Positions 1 through 9,400 of a DNA stretch of 32,000 bases are shown here, piece by piece. Position numbers and translations under genes: made by a program. The notes beneath the pieces were generated by a model, which was not told the DNA's origin, made no database searches, and saw only the letters and a program-made list of their open reading frames with translations. Positions within the stretch are counted from its first letter, which is position 1. Every line of letters starts with the position of its first letter. The DNA comes from Microcystis aeruginosa NIES-843. GTDB taxonomy: Bacteria; Cyanobacteriota; Cyanobacteriia; Cyanobacteriales; Microcystaceae. Location of the stretch: contig NC_010296.1 of NCBI RefSeq assembly GCF_000010625.1, forward strand, positions 3,480,001 through 3,512,000, in the 5' to 3' direction.

Positions 1-38
1 AAGTCATGGCTTATTCGTCTTTGACTTAATTTATTTTC

Positions 39-318
39 TCAATAAAGTGTTGGGTGTGATTCGGAACAGTTACTTAACAAGAATTGAGTCACATCTTCTG
101 GTTTCAAGGCCTGAGTAACCCAAAATCTTTGTACTTCTTCAAATTCTGTACTAGGCCGATTATAGTCGATAACATGGCTAAATGCTCGGTTTTTGATGGT
201 AAAGATGGGATAAAGGTTCGCTCTTCAAGCTGTCGAGGGGATATTTATCAATATAACTTAAGAAGGAATAGCCAGCATCAAAATTATCTAAAACTAACTG
301 TACCCCTAATTCCTTGGC
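39..318 (-). pseudogene. Degraded 3' remnant of an EAL-domain (c-di-GMP phosphodiesterase-type) gene
   Basis: Minus-strand translation of 181-318 reads AKELGVQLVLDNFDAGYSFLSYIDKYPLDSLK. This resembles the EAL core pattern (LG..ALDDFGTGYSSLSYL..P.D.LKID). That frame stops at 178-180. A second frame (42-224) continues with ...VIDYNRPSTEFEEVQRFWVTQALKPEDVTQFLLSNCSESHPTLY and stops at 39-41. There is no in-frame start and at least one frameshift, and the upstream side abuts the MITE-like element at 365. Confidence 0.35.
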
Positions 319-364
319 TTAAAGCTGACCCCGCTTTCAGGGGGTCTTAACGAGTAATTTAGAT

Positions 365-578
365 AGGGCTTGCTGAATAAATCTAAAAACCTTGTTGGGT
401 AAGACTTTTAGACTTTTTGTCAATCAAAAAGTACCAGTTGTGGGAGAGATAGGGGGAAAATTCTGGGACTTTTTCTCTGAAAATTAGGTAATTGACCAGA
501 TGAGAATCGGTAAAACCCTACACCCCACACCCCACACCCCACACCCTGTCCCCACGAAAAACTTTTTCAGCAGACCCT
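365..578. mobile_element. MITE-like non-autonomous element, copy A (214 bp)
   Basis: Terminal inverted repeats are AGGGCTTGCTGAA (365-377) and TTCAGCAGACCCT (566-578). It is flanked by the direct 4-bp repeat AGAT (361-364 and 579-582). It has no coding capacity and contains an internal (CACCCCA)n heptamer tract at 521-548. Its reverse complement is about 90% identical by eye to 6127-6341, including a roughly 75-bp identical run. Confidence 0.6.
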
Positions 579-790
579 AGATAGTCAACAGCTTACCGAC
601 AATCAGCAATTATCAGTCATCCTTAAACTGGTACAAATGTATGGACAACCCCCTGTAAGCATCCCACTTGCTCCCGCTAATGCTTTCCAGCGTTTGGGGG
701 AGACAGTTCCTCCACGGACATCTGATAGCAAATCGGTTTTTAGTGGTACGATTAACTGCCAATCAAACTTGAAAAACCCGCTCCCTTCTC

Positions 791-811
791 CCCACTTCCC
801 ACTTCCCACTC
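791..811. repeat. Heptanucleotide tandem repeat (CCCACTT/C) x3, STRR-like
   Basis: The run cccactt cccactt cccactc can be read directly, in non-coding DNA upstream of the 966 CDS. Confidence 0.6.
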
Positions 812-965
812 CCCAACGGAGGGTTTGGGGGGTAGAATCCCCCAAGAGTCAAAGATTAAGTGATAAAATCGGAAATAACAGCCAATTCTAGCCGAGAGTT
901 TCCCTTTAAAAATCCCAACCTAGTAAATTTACAAAAATGAGAGGCAACCGACAGGAGTTCTCCCT

Positions 966-2492
966 ATGGATAGCAACCGATTAATCGAAGAATTAAAAAA
1001 TCCCGACTTTTATCCTCATTCTGTCAAAATTCCCGTTGAAATTATCCAAACCCATGCTTCCATTATCTTCTTGACGGGAGATTATGCCTATAAAGTCAAG
1101 AAACCAGTTAATTATAATTTTTTAGATTTCTCCACTTTAGAAAAGAGAAAGTATTATCTAGAACAGGAACTAGAGTTAAATAAAAGAGTTGCTGCGAATA
1201 TCTATCTGGAAGTTTTGTCAATTAATGAGGAACGGGGTAGCATAAGTTTAAATGGAGAAGGGAAAGCGATCGAATACATTTTAAAAATGAATCAGTTTCC
1301 CCAAGAATGTTTACTGAGTAAAGTTTTTGAACGGGGAGAACTAACGGAAAAAGCTATAAAATATTTGGCTGAAAAAGTGGCAGGATTTCATCGACAAGCT
1401 GTGACTAATTCCTATATTACTCAATTTGGCAATTTAGAAGTTATTAAACAAGCTTTTGATGAAAACTACCAACAAACCGAGAAATATATTAATTTTGTCC
1501 AAACCCAAAAACAATACGATGAAACGAAAGCTTACACAGATAAATTCTTCGCAGAACACGGAGATTGGTTAGAAGAAAGACAAATAAAAGGGATGATTCG
1601 CGAATGTCACGGAGACTTACATTTAAATAATATCTGTCAGTGGCAGGGAGAAATACAATTATTTGATCGCATAGAATTTAATGAATCTTTTCGCTTCGTT
1701 GATGTCATGTATGATATTGCTTTTACAGCCATGGATTTAACCGCTAGGGGGAGAGGAGATTTCGCTAATTTATTTGTCAATACTTATTTAGAACAAACCG
1801 CTGACTGGGAGGGTTTAAAAGTCTTGCCTCTCTACCTGACTAGACAAGCGTATGTGAGGGCAAAAGTCAATAGTTTTCTGCTTGATGGTGACACTTTTTC
1901 TGAGAAAATTAAAGCCAATGCACAGGATTATTATCAATTAGCTTGGCAGTACACACAACCGCAGAAACCGAGATTAATTCTGATGTCGGGATTTTCTGCA
2001 TCGGGTAAGAGTACCATAGGGAAAGTAATTGCTAAAAATCTTAATGCTATTCAGATTCGTTCCGATGCAGTTCGCAAACATTTGGCTGGAATTGACTTAA
2101 ATCAAACAGGAAGTCTAGATATATATAGTCTCGAAATGAGTCAAAAAACCTTCGCTAGACTAGCGGAATTAGCCCGAATTTTAATAACTTTAGGTTATCC
2201 AGTTATTCTCGATGCACGCTACGATAAATATGCTTGGCGAGAACCCTTATTAACCTATGCCCAAAATTTACAGATTCCTTTTCATATTGTCCATTGTCAC
2301 GCACCTATAGAAGTTTTAAAACAACGGATTGCCGCTAGAAAAGGTGATATTTCTGATGCTAATATCGAGGTTTTAAATGCCCAAATTGAGAAAACAGAAC
2401 CTTTTAATGAAAAAGAACAACCCTATCTAATTTCCCTAGACACTACTAATCCCGATTGGCGAGAATTTTTAGAGAGTCAATTAGGTAAATAG
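966..2492 (+). CDS. Two-domain kinase-like protein: N-terminal aminoglycoside-phosphotransferase/protein-kinase-like fold fused to a C-terminal P-loop (AAA_33 / zeta-toxin-like) NTPase
   Basis: 508-aa ORF starting at ATG 966, with AGGAG at 953-957. A kinase catalytic-loop motif HGDLHLNN lies at nt 1608-1631, followed by FDRIEF. A Walker A motif GFSASGKST lies in the C-terminal half (around nt 1990-2016). The position matches the uma (unknown Microcystis aeruginosa) flank of mcyC, as I recall it. Confidence 0.85.
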   Translation: MDSNRLIEELKNPDFYPHSVKIPVEIIQTHASIIFLTGDYAYKVKKPVNYNFLDFSTLEKRKYYLEQELELNKRVAANIYLEVLSINEERGSISLNGEGKAIEYILKMNQFPQECLLSKVFERGELTEKAIKYLAEKVAGFHRQAVTNSYITQFGNLEVIKQAFDENYQQTEKYINFVQTQKQYDETKAYTDKFFAEHGDWLEERQIKGMIRECHGDLHLNNICQWQGEIQLFDRIEFNESFRFVDVMYDIAFTAMDLTARGRGDFANLFVNTYLEQTADWEGLKVLPLYLTRQAYVRAKVNSFLLDGDTFSEKIKANAQDYYQLAWQYTQPQKPRLILMSGFSASGKSTIGKVIAKNLNAIQIRSDAVRKHLAGIDLNQTGSLDIYSLEMSQKTFARLAELARILITLGYPVILDARYDKYAWREPLLTYAQNLQIPFHIVHCHAPIEVLKQRIAARKGDISDANIEVLNAQIEKTEPFNEKEQPYLISLDTTNPDWREFLESQLGK

Positions 2493-2538
2493 GTTGAGAT
2501 GAATCAATGATATAAAGTAGCAAAAAGGAGAAGCGATT

Positions 2539-3102
2539 ATGGAAACTGTAGTGTTAAATCTAGAGACAGTTAATTTGACCGATGAACAATTTTATCATCT
2601 CTGTCAGGCTAATCAAACATGGAATTTAGAACGTAATCAAAAAGGAGAATTATTAATTATGCCTCCCGTGGGTGGAAATAGCGGTAATAGAGAAGCTGAT
2701 TTAATTGCTGATGTAACGATTTGGAATCGTCAAAGTAATTCTGGTAAAGTCTTTAGTTCTTCGACAATTTTTCGTTTACCAAATGGAGGATATCGTTCTC
2801 CTGATGTTGCTTGGATAAAACGGGAGAGATGGGAAGCTTTGAGCGCAGAAGAGCGAGAAAAGTTCCCACCTTTGTGTCCTGATTTTGTGATTGAATTACG
2901 TTCTCGTACCGATTCCTTAACCTCTTTACGCGAAAAGATGCGCGAATATTTAGCCAGTGGTTTACGTTTGGGTTGGTTGATTAATCCTCAACAGCAGCAG
3001 GTGGAAATCTACCGACTAAATAGCGATGGGGAAATTATTAATTTACCTGCTATTTTATCCGGGGAAGATGTCTTACCCGGGTTTGTTTTGAATTTAACTT
3101 AG
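2539..3102 (+). CDS. Uma2-family (DUF820, PD-(D/E)xK-type) putative endonuclease, copy 1
   Basis: 187-aa ORF starting at ATG 2539, with AAGGAG at 2525-2530. Family-typical blocks are ELLIMPPVGG, SPDVAWI and PDFVIELRS. As I recall, Pfam Uma2 was named after a gene flanking mcyC in Microcystis. It is 91% identical to the next ORF. Confidence 0.85.
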   Translation: METVVLNLETVNLTDEQFYHLCQANQTWNLERNQKGELLIMPPVGGNSGNREADLIADVTIWNRQSNSGKVFSSSTIFRLPNGGYRSPDVAWIKRERWEALSAEEREKFPPLCPDFVIELRSRTDSLTSLREKMREYLASGLRLGWLINPQQQQVEIYRLNSDGEIINLPAILSGEDVLPGFVLNLT

Positions 3103-3265
3103 GAAGGATTGAGTACCCAGACAGAATTAATTACACATATTTTTCTCTGAACTGATAACTGATACAGCAGTTCTGGCGTTCCCTAAAACCAGAGACTTTG
3201 TACCTCACTCTTAAGATAAATGCTATGAGTTATAGTGTATAAAGTAGCAAGAAGGAGAAGCGATT

Positions 3266-3829
3266 ATGGAAACTGTAGTGTTAAATCTAAAGACAGTTAA
3301 TCTGACCGATGAACAATTTTATCATCTCTGTCAGGCTAATCAAACATGGAATTTAGAACGTAATCAAAAAGGAGAATTATTAATTATGCCTCCCGTGGGT
3401 GGAAATAGTGGTAAACAAGAAGCTAATTTGATTGTTAAAGTGGGGGTATGGAACGAGCAAAATCAACTTGGTGAGGTGTTTAGTTCTTCGACAATTTTTC
3501 GTTTGCCAAATGGAGGAGATCGTTCTCCTGATGTTGCTTGGATAAAACGGGAGAGATGGGAAGCTTTGAGCGCAGAAGAGCGAGAAAAGTTCCCGCCTTT
3601 GTGTCCCGATTTTGTGATTGAATTACGTTCTCGTACCGATTCTTTAACCTCTTTACAGGACAAGATGAGTGAATATTTAGCCAGTGGTTTACGTTTAGGT
3701 TGGTTGATTAATCCGCAACAGCAGCAGGTGGAAATCTACCGACTAAATAGCGATGGGGAAATTATTAATTTACCTGCTATTTTATCCGGGGAAGATGTCT
3801 TACCCGGGTTTGTTTTGAATTTAACTTAG
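3266..3829 (+). CDS. Uma2-family (DUF820, PD-(D/E)xK-type) putative endonuclease, copy 2
   Basis: 187-aa ORF starting at ATG 3266. It has the same duplicated leader as copy 1 (ataaagtagcaa.aaggagaagcgatt ATG). It differs from copy 1 at 17 of 187 residues, and 12 of those fall in aa 50-70. Confidence 0.85.
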   Translation: METVVLNLKTVNLTDEQFYHLCQANQTWNLERNQKGELLIMPPVGGNSGKQEANLIVKVGVWNEQNQLGEVFSSSTIFRLPNGGDRSPDVAWIKRERWEALSAEEREKFPPLCPDFVIELRSRTDSLTSLQDKMSEYLASGLRLGWLINPQQQQVEIYRLNSDGEIINLPAILSGEDVLPGFVLNLT

Positions 3830-4072
3830 CAAGGATGACAGGGAATAACAAAGGGAATGAGACAGAATCAGGATATCTCTATTGTGTCAAAACATTTCCG
3901 GAAAAGCGATCGATTGTCAGCTTGACGGTGTATAATCTCTCAAAAGCCAGCATCAAGCTACAAAGTTCTCAATATCCCCCAAAAAAACCATCAGGATTTC
4001 AGGAACAGATGCTCTGGCTTCTTCTTCAAGGAAAGAAGAAACTCTCAGCCATAACATTGATATTTGTCAATA

Positions 4073-6124
4073 ATGTCCCCTAAAATTTTCAATCATCACT
4101 TTACTCCTCTTAAATCCCTCTCTCTGGGATTATTTCTCCTACAAGCTTTCACTCCCCTTACCCTAGCTGCCCCCCCGCGAGAACTGGATAAAACCGTCGG
4201 CTGTGATATTCTGGTGGTGGGTGGTGGTTTAGCCGGTGCCGGTGCGGCCTACGAAGCTTTATTATTAGGAAAAACCGTCTGTTTAACCGAGATTACCGAC
4301 TGGGTGGGGGGACAGATATCTTCTCAGGGAACCTCCGCATTAGATGAAAGACGGACACAAAGAGAAAAATTATTTTTCCCGAAAGGTTATCTAGAATTTA
4401 GGGAAAGAATTAGAAAGCATTACGGGAAACGCAACCCCGGAGAATGTTGGGTAAGCGGGTCTTGTTTTTTGCCTTTTGATGGACATAAATTATTATTTCA
4501 ACAGTTAGAAGACGCTGCCAAAAAAGGCAAAGGAACCCTGAAATGGTTTCCCTCCACGGTAGTCAAAGAATTAAATATTGAAACTTTACCCAATCGCGGC
4601 ACTGGTCAACAGATTACCAGTGTAATTGCTATTCAACATAGTCCCGCAAAAGGTACTCCTCCCCTAAATACCGAGTTTTTATCGCAAAAAATGGAGGATA
4701 TCTATCGCTACGAAAATTCTCCCCGTTTTGATAAGAAAATCCTCCGTTTTGTCCCCAAATCCTCCCAACCGAATCAATTAGCAGATTGGTATGTGATTGA
4801 AGCGACCGAAACCGGGGAAATAATCGGATTATCAGATATTCCCTACCGTTTAGGTGTCGATAAGCGCAGTTATCTCGAACCTTCTTCCTCTAGCGTCACT
4901 GGAGACCCCTACTGTACCCAAGGCTTTACCTATACCTTCGCCATGGAGGAAACAGAAAAACCACAAACCCACGAGAAACCCGTTTATTATGAACGCTATG
5001 CCCCCTATTTTAGCTATGAATTGCCGCGATTAGCCGATTTTGACCTAGTTTTCACCTATCGTCGTATTTGGAGTCCGCAACTGGGTAAAGAGAAAACCTT
5101 TGGGGGAATTACTTTTACCGAACCCGTCCCGGGGGATATTTCCATGCAGAATTGGACCTGGGGAAATGATTACCGTCCGGGGACTGCTAAGGATAACTTT
5201 ATCTACACCCGTGAACAGTTGCAACAGCTAGGACAGTTATCTCCGGGGGGATGGATGGGAGGATTACGCACCGAAACCCTCGCGAGGGGCGAAGAACACG
5301 CCATTTCCTACTATTATTGGTTAGTAGAAGGAACCACCGATTCCCAGTTAGGGGACGGGGTAAAAGTTCCCCATTTGAATAACCGTTATCTCTCCGGTTT
5401 TGATTCTCCCATGGGTACTGCCCACGGTTTGTCAAAATATCCCTATATTCGGGAAGCAAGACGGATTATCGGTCGTCCTTCCCTGACTTTCCCCGCTGGT
5501 TTTACCGTCACAGAAATCGATATTTCCCGACAAAATTTTCAAAGTGATTTCTATCGTCAAAATCTTTCTCCAGCAGAATATCGGCGCTTAATTGCCACCT
5601 TGGCAGGATTAGAGGGATTTTCCGTACTTGATGGCACATTATCCCCCGATCAGGCCGTTAAACGCAAGCGCTCTACCATTTACCCCGATTCCGTCGGTAT
5701 CGGTCACTATGCGATTGATTTTCATCCCTGCATGACGGAACATCCCCCCGAAAAACCGGGTAATACAGAAAAAGCAGGAGAAAGACAGGGACAAGGGCAA
5801 GCTTACCCTTTTGAGATTCCTTTAAGGGCTATAATTCCCCAAAAAATCGATAATTTACTGATAGCGGGTAAAAGTATCGCTCTCAGTCATATTGCCGCGG
5901 CCGCCTATCGTGTCCATTCCTTCGAGTGGTCCTCTGGGGTAGCTGCCGGCATCACGGCAGTGTATGCTTTAGATAATAATGTACTGCCCTATCAATTAGT
6001 AGAAAGTGATTTTCTCATCGGGAATAAACAATTGCGAGAATTACGGCAAAAAATCGACGCAAGTGGTAATCCAACTGTGTTCCCCGATGCCTCAATTTTC
6101 CGGTCGATGGATGATTGGTATTAA
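4073..6124 (+). CDS. FAD-dependent oxidoreductase with N-terminal signal peptide
   Basis: The ORF ends at TAA 6122-6124. The track start at 4064 is a TTG, and the first ATG is 4073, so I prefer 4073. The hydrophobic N-terminus (LSLGLFLLQAFTPLTLAAP) looks like a signal peptide. It is followed by a Rossmann dinucleotide-binding motif DILVVGGGLAGAGAAYEA (around nt 4204-4257). Confidence 0.8.
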   Translation: MSPKIFNHHFTPLKSLSLGLFLLQAFTPLTLAAPPRELDKTVGCDILVVGGGLAGAGAAYEALLLGKTVCLTEITDWVGGQISSQGTSALDERRTQREKLFFPKGYLEFRERIRKHYGKRNPGECWVSGSCFLPFDGHKLLFQQLEDAAKKGKGTLKWFPSTVVKELNIETLPNRGTGQQITSVIAIQHSPAKGTPPLNTEFLSQKMEDIYRYENSPRFDKKILRFVPKSSQPNQLADWYVIEATETGEIIGLSDIPYRLGVDKRSYLEPSSSSVTGDPYCTQGFTYTFAMEETEKPQTHEKPVYYERYAPYFSYELPRLADFDLVFTYRRIWSPQLGKEKTFGGITFTEPVPGDISMQNWTWGNDYRPGTAKDNFIYTREQLQQLGQLSPGGWMGGLRTETLARGEEHAISYYYWLVEGTTDSQLGDGVKVPHLNNRYLSGFDSPMGTAHGLSKYPYIREARRIIGRPSLTFPAGFTVTEIDISRQNFQSDFYRQNLSPAEYRRLIATLAGLEGFSVLDGTLSPDQAVKRKRSTIYPDSVGIGHYAIDFHPCMTEHPPEKPGNTEKAGERQGQGQAYPFEIPLRAIIPQKIDNLLIAGKSIALSHIAAAAYRVHSFEWSSGVAAGITAVYALDNNVLPYQLVESDFLIGNKQLRELRQKIDASGNPTVFPDASIFRSMDDWY

Positions 6125-6126
6125 TT

Positions 6127-6341
6127 AGGGTCTGCTGAAAAAGTTTTTCCTAGGGGCAGGGTGTAGGGTGTGGGGTGTGGGGTGTGGGGTTTTACCCATT
6201 TTCATCGGGTAAATTACCTAATTTTCAGGGAAAAAGTCCCGGAATTTTCCCCCCGACCACTCCCATATCTGGTACTTTTTGATTGACAAAAAGTCTAAAA
6301 GTCTTACCCAACAAGGTTTTTAGATTTATTCAGCTAACCCT
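6127..6341. mobile_element. MITE-like non-autonomous element, copy B (215 bp), inverted relative to copy A
   Basis: Terminal inverted repeats are AGGGTCTGCTGAA (6127-6139) and TTCAGCTAACCCT (6329-6341). It is flanked by the direct 4-bp repeat AATT (6123-6126 and 6342-6345). The left flank overlaps the TAA stop of the upstream CDS. An internal (TGGGGTG)n heptamer tract lies at 6157-6191. Confidence 0.6.
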
Positions 6342-6345
6342 AATT

Positions 6346-6379
6346 AGGGTTTGCTGAAAAAACTTTTTCAGCAGACCCT
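6346..6379. repeat. 34-bp palindrome made of two MITE termini only (AGGGTTTGCTGAAAAA AC TTTTTCAGCAGACCCT); possible stem-loop between convergent genes
   Basis: A near-perfect 16-bp inverted repeat can be read directly. The sequence equals the left and right TIRs of the 214-bp element joined head to head. It lies 57 nt downstream of the mcyC stop and about 220 nt downstream of the oxidoreductase stop. Confidence 0.55.
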
Positions 6380-6435
6380 AGGTACTGCTCATCCATGTCT
6401 CTCAGATTGCCCGATTTCGTCCCCCCCCTCAACGG

Positions 6436-9400
6436 TTACGACTGTTTTGGGTTGAGAATACTATTAATAATCAGAGCGTTTTTGGGAAGATAAGGAGGAT
6501 CAATCATTTCACGATGAATACCAGTGGCATAATGATTGATTCTTTCTCCTTTTGTTGCTTGTGTCCAATCATCTTGAGCTTCATAGTTTCCCTCAGCACG
6601 AATCAAATGAATAGTCCCTTGAATTTGTACATTTTTTAAGTCAGAATTCCAAAGAAAATTAAAGTATTCCCACACTTGATTATAAGTGCGATTGCGGAGT
6701 TTTTGATTTTCTAAAAAGTAACCTCTTAATTCCTGACGTTTGGGATTTAATAAGAAAGCATCAACCCCTTCTTGAATCTCTGACATATCAGCTTTTTTAG
6801 CCTCACGTCCTCCTCTGTAAGTATCCAGTAAAATGACATCAGAAACAACTCTCCCTCGACTTTCTAATTGTTGCGCCATTAACATCGCTAAAAATCCGCC
6901 GGCGGAATGTCCCATTAATTTTATATCTTGATTCTGAGCCAAATCCTCAATTAATTCAGCGTATTTTTTTAACATTAATTCATCGCTAATATACCGGAAA
7001 GTATAAATAGCATAATTCGTTAGATACTCTGCTAAATTGGCATAAGCAGCAGCGAAACCAAGGGCGGGTGGAAATAAAAAGACGGCCTTTTCTTGCTCCT
7101 TATTAAACACCACATAAGGACGTTCTTTCGGTTGAATATTCATCTCCTGAGCATAGATAATATAATCGCTTAATTCGGCTACTGTTGGCTTTTCATAAAT
7201 CATTGATAAAGGAATTTCTATGGCCATTTTTTCATAAATTAAAGCCATAAGATTCATAGCTTGTAAGGAATGACCCCCCAACTCAAAGAAGTTATCATTA
7301 ACCCCTATCTTGCCAGCTTGTAGAAGTTGTTGCCAAAGGCTTACTAAGATAGTTTCCGTTGAATTGCGGGGGGCTAAATAGGGTGATTCAACTAGAGAAG
7401 TCTCATCCGGTATAGGCAATTTATGAACGTCTATTTTCCCATTAGGATTTAAGGGAAAATCCGACAACATGACAAAGGCAGAAGGGATCATGTAAACGGG
7501 TAATTTCTGCTGTAAGAAACGACGCAAATCCTGGGAAGTTAATAAAGTATCTTTTCTGATTACATAAGCAACTAACCGTTGATTATATAAGGTATCTTCC
7601 CGCATAATCACAACAGTTTGTTCAACGTTGGGATGAGTTTCTAAAACCGTCTGAATTTCTCCTAATTCAATGCGTAAACCTCTCAGCTTGACTTGATTAT
7701 CAATCCGCCCTAAATATTCAATGTTTCCATCAGGAAGATAGCGAGCTAAATCCCCCGTTTTATATAATTTCCCCTGAGCAAAAGGATGAGGAATAAATTT
7801 TTCAGCCGTTAATTCAGGTTGGTTGAGGTATCCACGCGCTAAACCCATTCCACCAATATGTAATTCTCCAGCAACACCAATAGGAACCGGTTGGAGATAA
7901 CTGTCGAGGATATAAACTTGGGCATTAGCAATGGGACGTCCAATAGGAATTAACTGGGAATTTGGCTGACAGCACCAGACAGTAGCATCAACGGCGGCTT
8001 CTGTTGGTCCATAAGCGTTATATAATTCACAGTTTAACTGCTGAAAAAATCGTTGATTGAGTTCATAAGATAAGGCTTCTCCCCCGGCAATTACTCGTTT
8101 TAAACAGTGGCAATCTTTGCTCTTGGGATGTTGCAGAAAAACTCGCAATATTGAGGGAACACAAGTGAAATAAGTTACCTGTTCTTGCACAATTAAATCT
8201 ATTAAATAATCTATATCTTTATACCCGTCAGGTTTAGCCACGACTAGGGTAGCACCAGATGTTAAAGATGAGAAAACTTCCCAAACTGAAACATCAAAAC
8301 TAAAGGGAGTAATTTGGAGAATGCGATCTTCAGAGTTAAGATTATAATTGTCAATATTGTATTTTAGAGTATTGCAAATTCCTCTATGAATATTCATCAC
8401 ACCTTTGGGTTTTCCCGTTGAACCCGAAGTGTATATAACATAAGCTAAATTTTCTGGTTTAACTGGAGAGGTCAAATTCTCTTGACTATAATTAGCTATC
8501 TTTAACCAATCTGTATCTAAACACAGTATTTCGGCTTGATTTTCGGGCAGAAATTGAACTAAAGATTGCTGAGTTAACAACAGAGAAATCGCCGAATCAG
8601 ATATCATATAATCCAAGCGCTCAGGGGGATAATTAGGAGCCAAAGGAACATAAGCTCCCCCGGCTTTAATAATTCCCAATATTCCGATGATCATCTCAAA
8701 AGAACGCTCAATAAAAATCCCCACTAATACTTCTGAAGTTACGCCTTTTTCTTTTAAATAGTGACCGACTTGATTAGCTCGATTATTTAACTCTCGATAG
8801 GTCAATTTTTCGCCGTCAAAAATAAGAGCTATTGCCTCGGGATTATCTCTAACTTTTTCTTCAAATAACTGGTGCAAACACTGTTGAGAATAAGCGACTT
8901 CGGTTTGATTCCACTCTATTAGTAATTGATGCTGTTCTTCAGGGGTTAATAAATTAATCTCAGATAATTTACAATCGGGATTCTGAATTACACTTTTAAT
9001 AATTTGTAAAAAGTGACCGTTCATTCTGGCGATGGTTTCAGGCAAAAATAAATCTGGCTCATATTCGATCACTAATGTAAGATTATGACTATCTTCAAAG
9101 AAGCTCCAAGTCATATCAAATTGAGCCATGCGTGGTTTTAAGGGATAAGGTTGATGTTCCAAACCAGGAATTTTTAAGACAGTTTTGCTTTCTTTACCCA
9201 GTAGAGAAAACATGACATCAAATAAGGGATTTCTGGACAAATCACGTTCTAAATTGAGAGCGGATACTAATTTATCAAAAGGATAATCACGATATTCATA
9301 AGCATCAAGACAGGTGTTAGTTACTTCCCCTAAGACTTGCTTAAAAGTTACTCCCTCTGGTAATAAAGATCTCAAAGCCAAGGTGTTAACATAAAACCCG

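Noticed and set aside
514-548. Short tandem repeats (here and at 791-811, 6157-6191, 25114-25196) as a possible CRISPR array
   Set aside because: The units are 7 nt with no spacers. These are STRR-like heptamer tracts, not CRISPR repeats, and no cas genes are present.
84-891. ORFs 84-350 (+, TTG start), 603-845 (-) and 637-891 (+)
   Set aside because: The first is antisense to the EAL remnant. The other two overlap each other across heptamer-repeat, low-complexity DNA (PLPSPHFPLPTP-type translation). None has an RBS or recognisable domain.
3835-4083. 82-aa ORF between Uma2 copy 2 and the oxidoreductase
   Set aside because: It has no motif, overlaps the start of the downstream gene, and its composition looks intergenic.
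3463-5459. Minus-strand ORFs 3463-3663 and 5199-5459
   Set aside because: They are antisense to the Uma2 copy 2 and FAD-oxidoreductase genes, and no motifs support them.
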